DNA from: the human T2T-CHM13v2.0 reference genome, Homo sapiens
Strand: one strand, 5' to 3'
Assembly (NCBI RefSeq): GCF_009914755.1
Contig: NC_060947.1
Length of the DNA stretch: 64,000 bases
Position numbers and translations under genes: made by a program. Below are positions 59,571 through 64,000 of the stretch, in pieces. The notes below the pieces were generated by a model. The model was not told the DNA's origin. It worked only from the letters and a program-made list of their open reading frames with translations, and did not search any database. The first letter of the stretch is position 1. Every line of letters starts with the position of its first letter.

Positions 59571-60124
59571 TAGTCAGTTTTCCTATAACATGACATATTC
59601 TTTAAAAATTACTCTAATTTGGAAAATTATACATTAAAAAGTGCATGGCTTATGAGGAAAATGGGGTTGGGGGAATAACAGTAAAAACATCAGTGACACA
59701 TTTAAAACCAGAGAGTAATGGCAGGACAGTTTTACATGTGTTAATGGTTAAGAAATACATAAACTATACAATAAGTATGGCACTGTGCCTTGGAAAGACC
59801 TAAAGTTTGTTTGTGGACATGGGCGTTGCAGTTTGTGGGTTATTGTGAAGTGATGGAAAGAGGGTTGTCTGAAATCAGATGGAAAGTTATAACACTAAAT
59901 GTGGATGGGTGTGGTTGATAGATGTTTGAGGCATGTGTTTTATGTATTACCACACAGCTCGGTTGAACTAGGTGTAATTTTCTGCATTCACCTGGTGTTT
60001 CTTGCTGATGGAATCATGCTCAAGCAAACACGAAATTCATGTCATGCTCAAATTGTTCCCTGATACATCAATCACATTGGAACAAATTCACATTTTCAAA
60101 ACAGACATTATAGCAGAACTGAGT
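59571..60124. mobile_element. TcMar-Tigger non-autonomous element
   Basis: Inverted ends AGTCAGTTTTCCTATAAC / TTATAGCAGAACTGAG; GCTCAAATTGTTCCCTGATACATCAATCACATTGGAACAAATTC. Confidence 0.65.
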
Positions 60125-60572
60125 TACAGTGCCTTAGCTAGTAAGAAGATGGAAGACGGTGGCAGAATGGAGGATTATCAAGGACAATCAGCCTCTAATG
60201 AAATCTCCAGGCCACCTTCCCATGCTACTGTGAAGGCATACACCTACAACTAATAAAAATTGTTTTTTTTATATTTTCCTTTTTGTTCCAAGATTCTAAA
60301 ACAAAATACTGTGGGGGCTGTAGGTCATTTTCATCCCCTACTGTGAGAGTACTGTCCAGGACCTGCTGCATTCCCCAGACAGGACAAATAAAGGAGGAGG
60401 CTCCGATGGCCATTTGACACTTAGAGAAACTTCCCATCAACCAGTGCTTAAAGAGTAGCCCAACAGAACTGGATAGACAGAAACAGCCTCAAATGTCCAT
60501 TTTTAATGCTTTCCCTTGATTTTGTACTTTTGCATACCCGATTCCCTCCACCTAGGATAATCTCTCCCCACT

Positions 60573-61071
60573 TGTGGTGGTTTTAAAAATACAACCACAA
60601 ATTCTTGGGTATCCCTCCACATCAAGAGGTGGAGTCTAATTCCCTTCCCCTTGGCCTGGACTTAGCAACTCACTGAGCTATTACGTCCAAGATTAGGTTA
60701 TGAAAAAGACTGTGGCTTCCAGTTTGGTTTTGTCTCTCTCTCACTTGGATCACCTGCTCTGAGGGAAGCCAGCTGCCATGCTGCAAGGTGCCCTAGGGAG
60801 AGGCCCACATGGCAAGGAGCTGAGGTCTGCAGACAACCATGAGTGAGCTTGGAAGAAGAGTCTCCAGTCCCAGCTGGGCCTTGAGATGACTACACTCCTT
60901 CTGACAGATTTGACTGCAATCTCATGAGAGACCCTGAGCCAGATCCACTCTGTTAAGCCACTTTTTGATTCTTGACTCTCAGATACTGCCTGCATGAGAT
61001 AATAAACATTTGTTGTTTTATCCTGACACATTTTGAGGTCGTATGTTATGCAGCAATAGGTCACCTATACA
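60573..61071 (+). mobile_element. MLT1F-group MaLR LTR
   Basis: TGTGGTGG..TCAAGAGGTGGAGTCTAATTCCC..GGCCCACATGGCAAGGAGCTGAGG..AATAAA..TGTTATGCAGCAATAG. Confidence 0.85.
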
Positions 61072-61154
61072 ACTCTTCCCCACTAGATTCCCTTCTATTT
61101 GTTCTTAAACAAGCCCCTGAAGTGTAACCTAATCCATGAAATCATCCTGACCAT

Positions 61155-62456
61155 GTTCTGCTATTGAGCCCATGTAGTGATTTTTGTTCTTTACTTTCAG
61201 TTATTGTATGTTTTCAGTTCTTAAACTTCCATTTGGTTTTTGTTTATATTTTTTTACTTCTTTGCTGAGGCTTTCCAGTTTTCCCTGCCTTTCCAGGGTT
61301 GTGTTCTTACTTGCTGGCATATTTTTTAAAATAGCTGATTTAAAATCTTTTCAGATAAGTCCAACATCTGTCATGTTGGATTGGCATCTGTTTACTGTCT
61401 TTTCTCATGCAAATTGAGATTTTCCTGATTCTTCAAGTGCCTAATAATTTTGGATTGTATCCTGGATGTTTGACTAGTACTGTATGGATCTCAGAAATTG
61501 TTTAAATCCTATCGAGAATGTCGATGTTTTGTTTTAGCAGTCACATGTTCCAATCCACCTTCTGTGGGTTGTAGTTCCAAAGGCCATTCCATTTTTAAGA
61601 CCTTTACACCACTATCCAGCTATGCCCCACATGCCCACCACTCATTAGATGGTCTGGGACCTGAGTGGTCTATTTTTTCAGTTCTCAAAGCCTTCAGTCT
61701 GCTATATAGAGTCAATCCATACATATTTACTCAGGAGTGAGCTCAGGAGTTCATAAACAATTTATATGAGGTCACTTATAAAACTTATCAATTTCTATGA
61801 TCTCTTTATAACTTTCTGGTTCCCTGAGATCTTCTTTTTAGTCCTCAGGCCTGAAAAGTGGGCTTTAATTACCCTGCTTTGCTACACAATTTTACAACTG
61901 TGCCCTTGTTTAGTGCCAAGTGGTGGGAGACAGAGACAAGAAAAAAAGCAATGGGATGTGGTCCAACCCTCTTTGAATCACAGATACACCGAAAAGAGAA
62001 GAAAATTCCGCACCCACAGAGTATTAGCTCCCGCAAGCTCCAATTTTCATTAGCTGCCACTGTTGCATGGGATTTCTCAGGAGGTAGAGTACAAGGAATC
62101 ATAGAAAAGGAGGAAGAAAAAAAATGGGAGATTCCCACACTAAGTGTTGGGAGTTCACTTTTCCATTCCTTGAGCCAGAATTACATTGCTTCTCCTATAG
62201 CTCTCTCTATCTAATCCCTGGTGCCCACTCCCAAGTTGCTGGTGTACTGAGTTCAGGCCAGGGTATACCAGAGGGGAAAACATGGCATACTTGCCGCCAG
62301 TTCAGTGACACTTTTGAATTCTGGTTCTTTCTCAATATGCTAACATTTGCTTCTCAGACTCCTCCATGCTCCATTCATTCTGATCAGGTTTTATAGCTAT
62401 ATTGAAGGGGGAGACAGGGTAGGATGTGCTTACTCCATCTAATGCATAACTGGAAC
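61155..62456 (-). mobile_element. Old L1M 5'UTR/ORF1-start fragment (L1M4-type)
   Basis: TCTGCTATTGAGCCCAT..TTCAGTTCTTAAACTTCCATTTGG; 5' end AGATGGAGTAAGCACATCCTACCCTGTCTCC on the minus strand. Confidence 0.65.
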
Positions 62457-62469
62457 CCCATGGTTGGTG

Positions 62470-62617
62470 CTATATTAAAATTATCTAATTTTGCTTTTTT
62501 ATTTCCTCCTGGGAGCTCCTTGAGAACAGGGGTTTTGTATATCCCTCACACCTAGAACAGAGCTTGGAATAACATTGGTAATTAGTAAATTATTCTGCAA
62601 TGAGTGAATGAATGAAA
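62470..62617 (+). mobile_element. L2 3' end
   Basis: GAGCTCCTTGAGAACAGGG..ACCTAGAACAGAGCTTGGA..TGAGTGAATGAATGAA. Confidence 0.75.
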
Positions 62618-62877
62618 GACTAACCAGGGAAACCTACCCATTCATAGAGTCCAAAATCACGGAAACCAATGTGGCAGCATGAGTTATAAAGCATGACTGG
62701 AACAGAACTTATACCAGTGGGAAAGGGTTCCAATGTCCTCTTCACTAGAGTCACTTTCTTCCACAGAGGCCCTTTGATGGCAATGGCCCCATCTCTGCAA
62801 TTTAATCCATCATTAGTTGCATAGCAGAGACTTTAGACATAGTAATAAAAGGAGAGGTATATATAAAAACTACCATC

Positions 62878-63690
62878 AATCAAAACATTTTAATGAACAA
62901 GCTTATGCAATGTCCTTTATGCTAGGCACAGAGGAGAACAGAAAAGGATGCTGCAACTGCCCCTATTCTCAAGGAACCCACAGTTACAATACAGTTACAA
63001 TTTATAAGACTCACTTATACAGAGTGTATTAATTCATTCTCACGCTGCTATGAAGAATACTCAAGACTGGGTAATTTATAAAGAAAAGAGGTTTAATTGA
63101 CTCGCAGTTCTGCATGGCTGGAAAGGCTTCAGGAAACTTACAATCATCGCAGAAGGCGAAGGGGAAGAAAGGCACCTTCTTCACAGGGTAGCAGGAAGGA
63201 GAAGGGCAAGCAGGGGAAATGCCAGACACTTACAAAATTATCAGATCTCCTGAGACTCACTCACTGTCATGAGAACATCATGGGGGAAATCACCCTTATG
63301 ATCCAGATACCTCCACCTGGTCCTGCCCTTGACACATGGGGATTATGGGGATTACAATTCAAGATGAGATCTGGGTGGGGACACGAGCCAAACCATATCA
63401 CTGAGCGATAGAATAAAATTCAAGACATGATATAAGGAAATATTTAATAACTGTGCAGAGTATAAATTCAAAGCAGGTGCAAAGGAGCTTCAAAGCAATT
63501 CAAAGGAGGTGCAGATCAGTGTAGGCTAGCACAGTTGTAACAGAGAAAGAGGCAGGGCTTAAGATAAGTTTCGAACTGTGGGTTTTGATGTAGTAATTGG
63601 AGGTCTTTTTGCAAAGATTAAGCAGCACAACCAAAGGTGTGAAGACAGGGAAGGACATGAAGAACAGATGGGCCTCTCTAGAGAAAAGAA
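62878..63690 (-). mobile_element. L2 fragment split by THE1
   Basis: CCCTATTCTCAAGGAACCCACAGT before the LTR; GGAGCTTCAAAG..GGAGGTGCAGATCAGTGTAGGC after it. Confidence 0.5.
63025..63400 (-). mobile_element. THE1D-like MaLR solo LTR
   Basis: TGTATTAATTCATTCTCAC...GCCAAACCATATCA, 376 bp; TSD CAGAG/CTGAG. Confidence 0.93.
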
Positions 63691-64000
63691 TACATTTGAT
63701 GAGCCAAGGAAAGCATCGTACTCTCTACTTATTGCTGTATCCTGGCCATATTATCAAATAATATTAAAATTCCAGAGATGGCAGAAATGTTCACTTACTC
63801 AATCCTATCCAATCCAATGCCTGAGGCCTCTATTGTTTTGTGCATCTAGTTCCCTTGCCCTTCTCCCAAAAGACACACACTCTCTCTCTCTCTCTGACCA
63901 CATTGACCCATTTAAAATTGTGCTAATCAGTGTTTCTCCCAGAACTTTTTTGGGAAGTGTCAGAAAAAAAAGTTCTCTCTCTGTTGGGGTTGTTAGGACA

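Overview
This is primate (human or great-ape-like) AT-rich intergenic or intronic DNA, mostly transposable elements. I find no credible cellular exon, RNA gene or CRISPR array, and no new multi-gene system. The long ORFs are LINE-1 ORF1/ORF2 remnants or simple-repeat artefacts. Main contents: two 5'-truncated young L1PA copies in inverted orientation (3153-5148 minus, 13390-14984 plus); a full-length decayed L1MA (18885-26599); a full-length decayed L1PB1-like element (51211-57836); older L1MB/MC/ME pieces; 9 Alu elements or fragments; about 10 LTR elements (THE1, MLT1, MER50-, LTR9-, MER31/67-, MER61- and LTR8A-like); hAT and Tigger DNA transposons; L2, MIR and CR1 relics; and several microsatellites. 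The most interesting signals are structural. (1) The two inverted L1PAs share three non-consensus variants and a 233-bp identical tract, suggesting gene conversion or an inversion-prone segment. (2) A MER20 contains an apparent repair patch made of an internal L1 fragment plus a ~250-bp copy of DNA from 0.45 kb downstream; a full-length L1PB later inserted into it. (3) One ERV1 unit is bounded by a single 4-bp TSD but has two discordant LTRs. (4) A 31-bp insertion is flanked by a perfect 16-bp TSD. Repeat subfamily names come from recalled consensus sequences and need RepeatMasker/Dfam confirmation. Boundaries of old elements are approximate.
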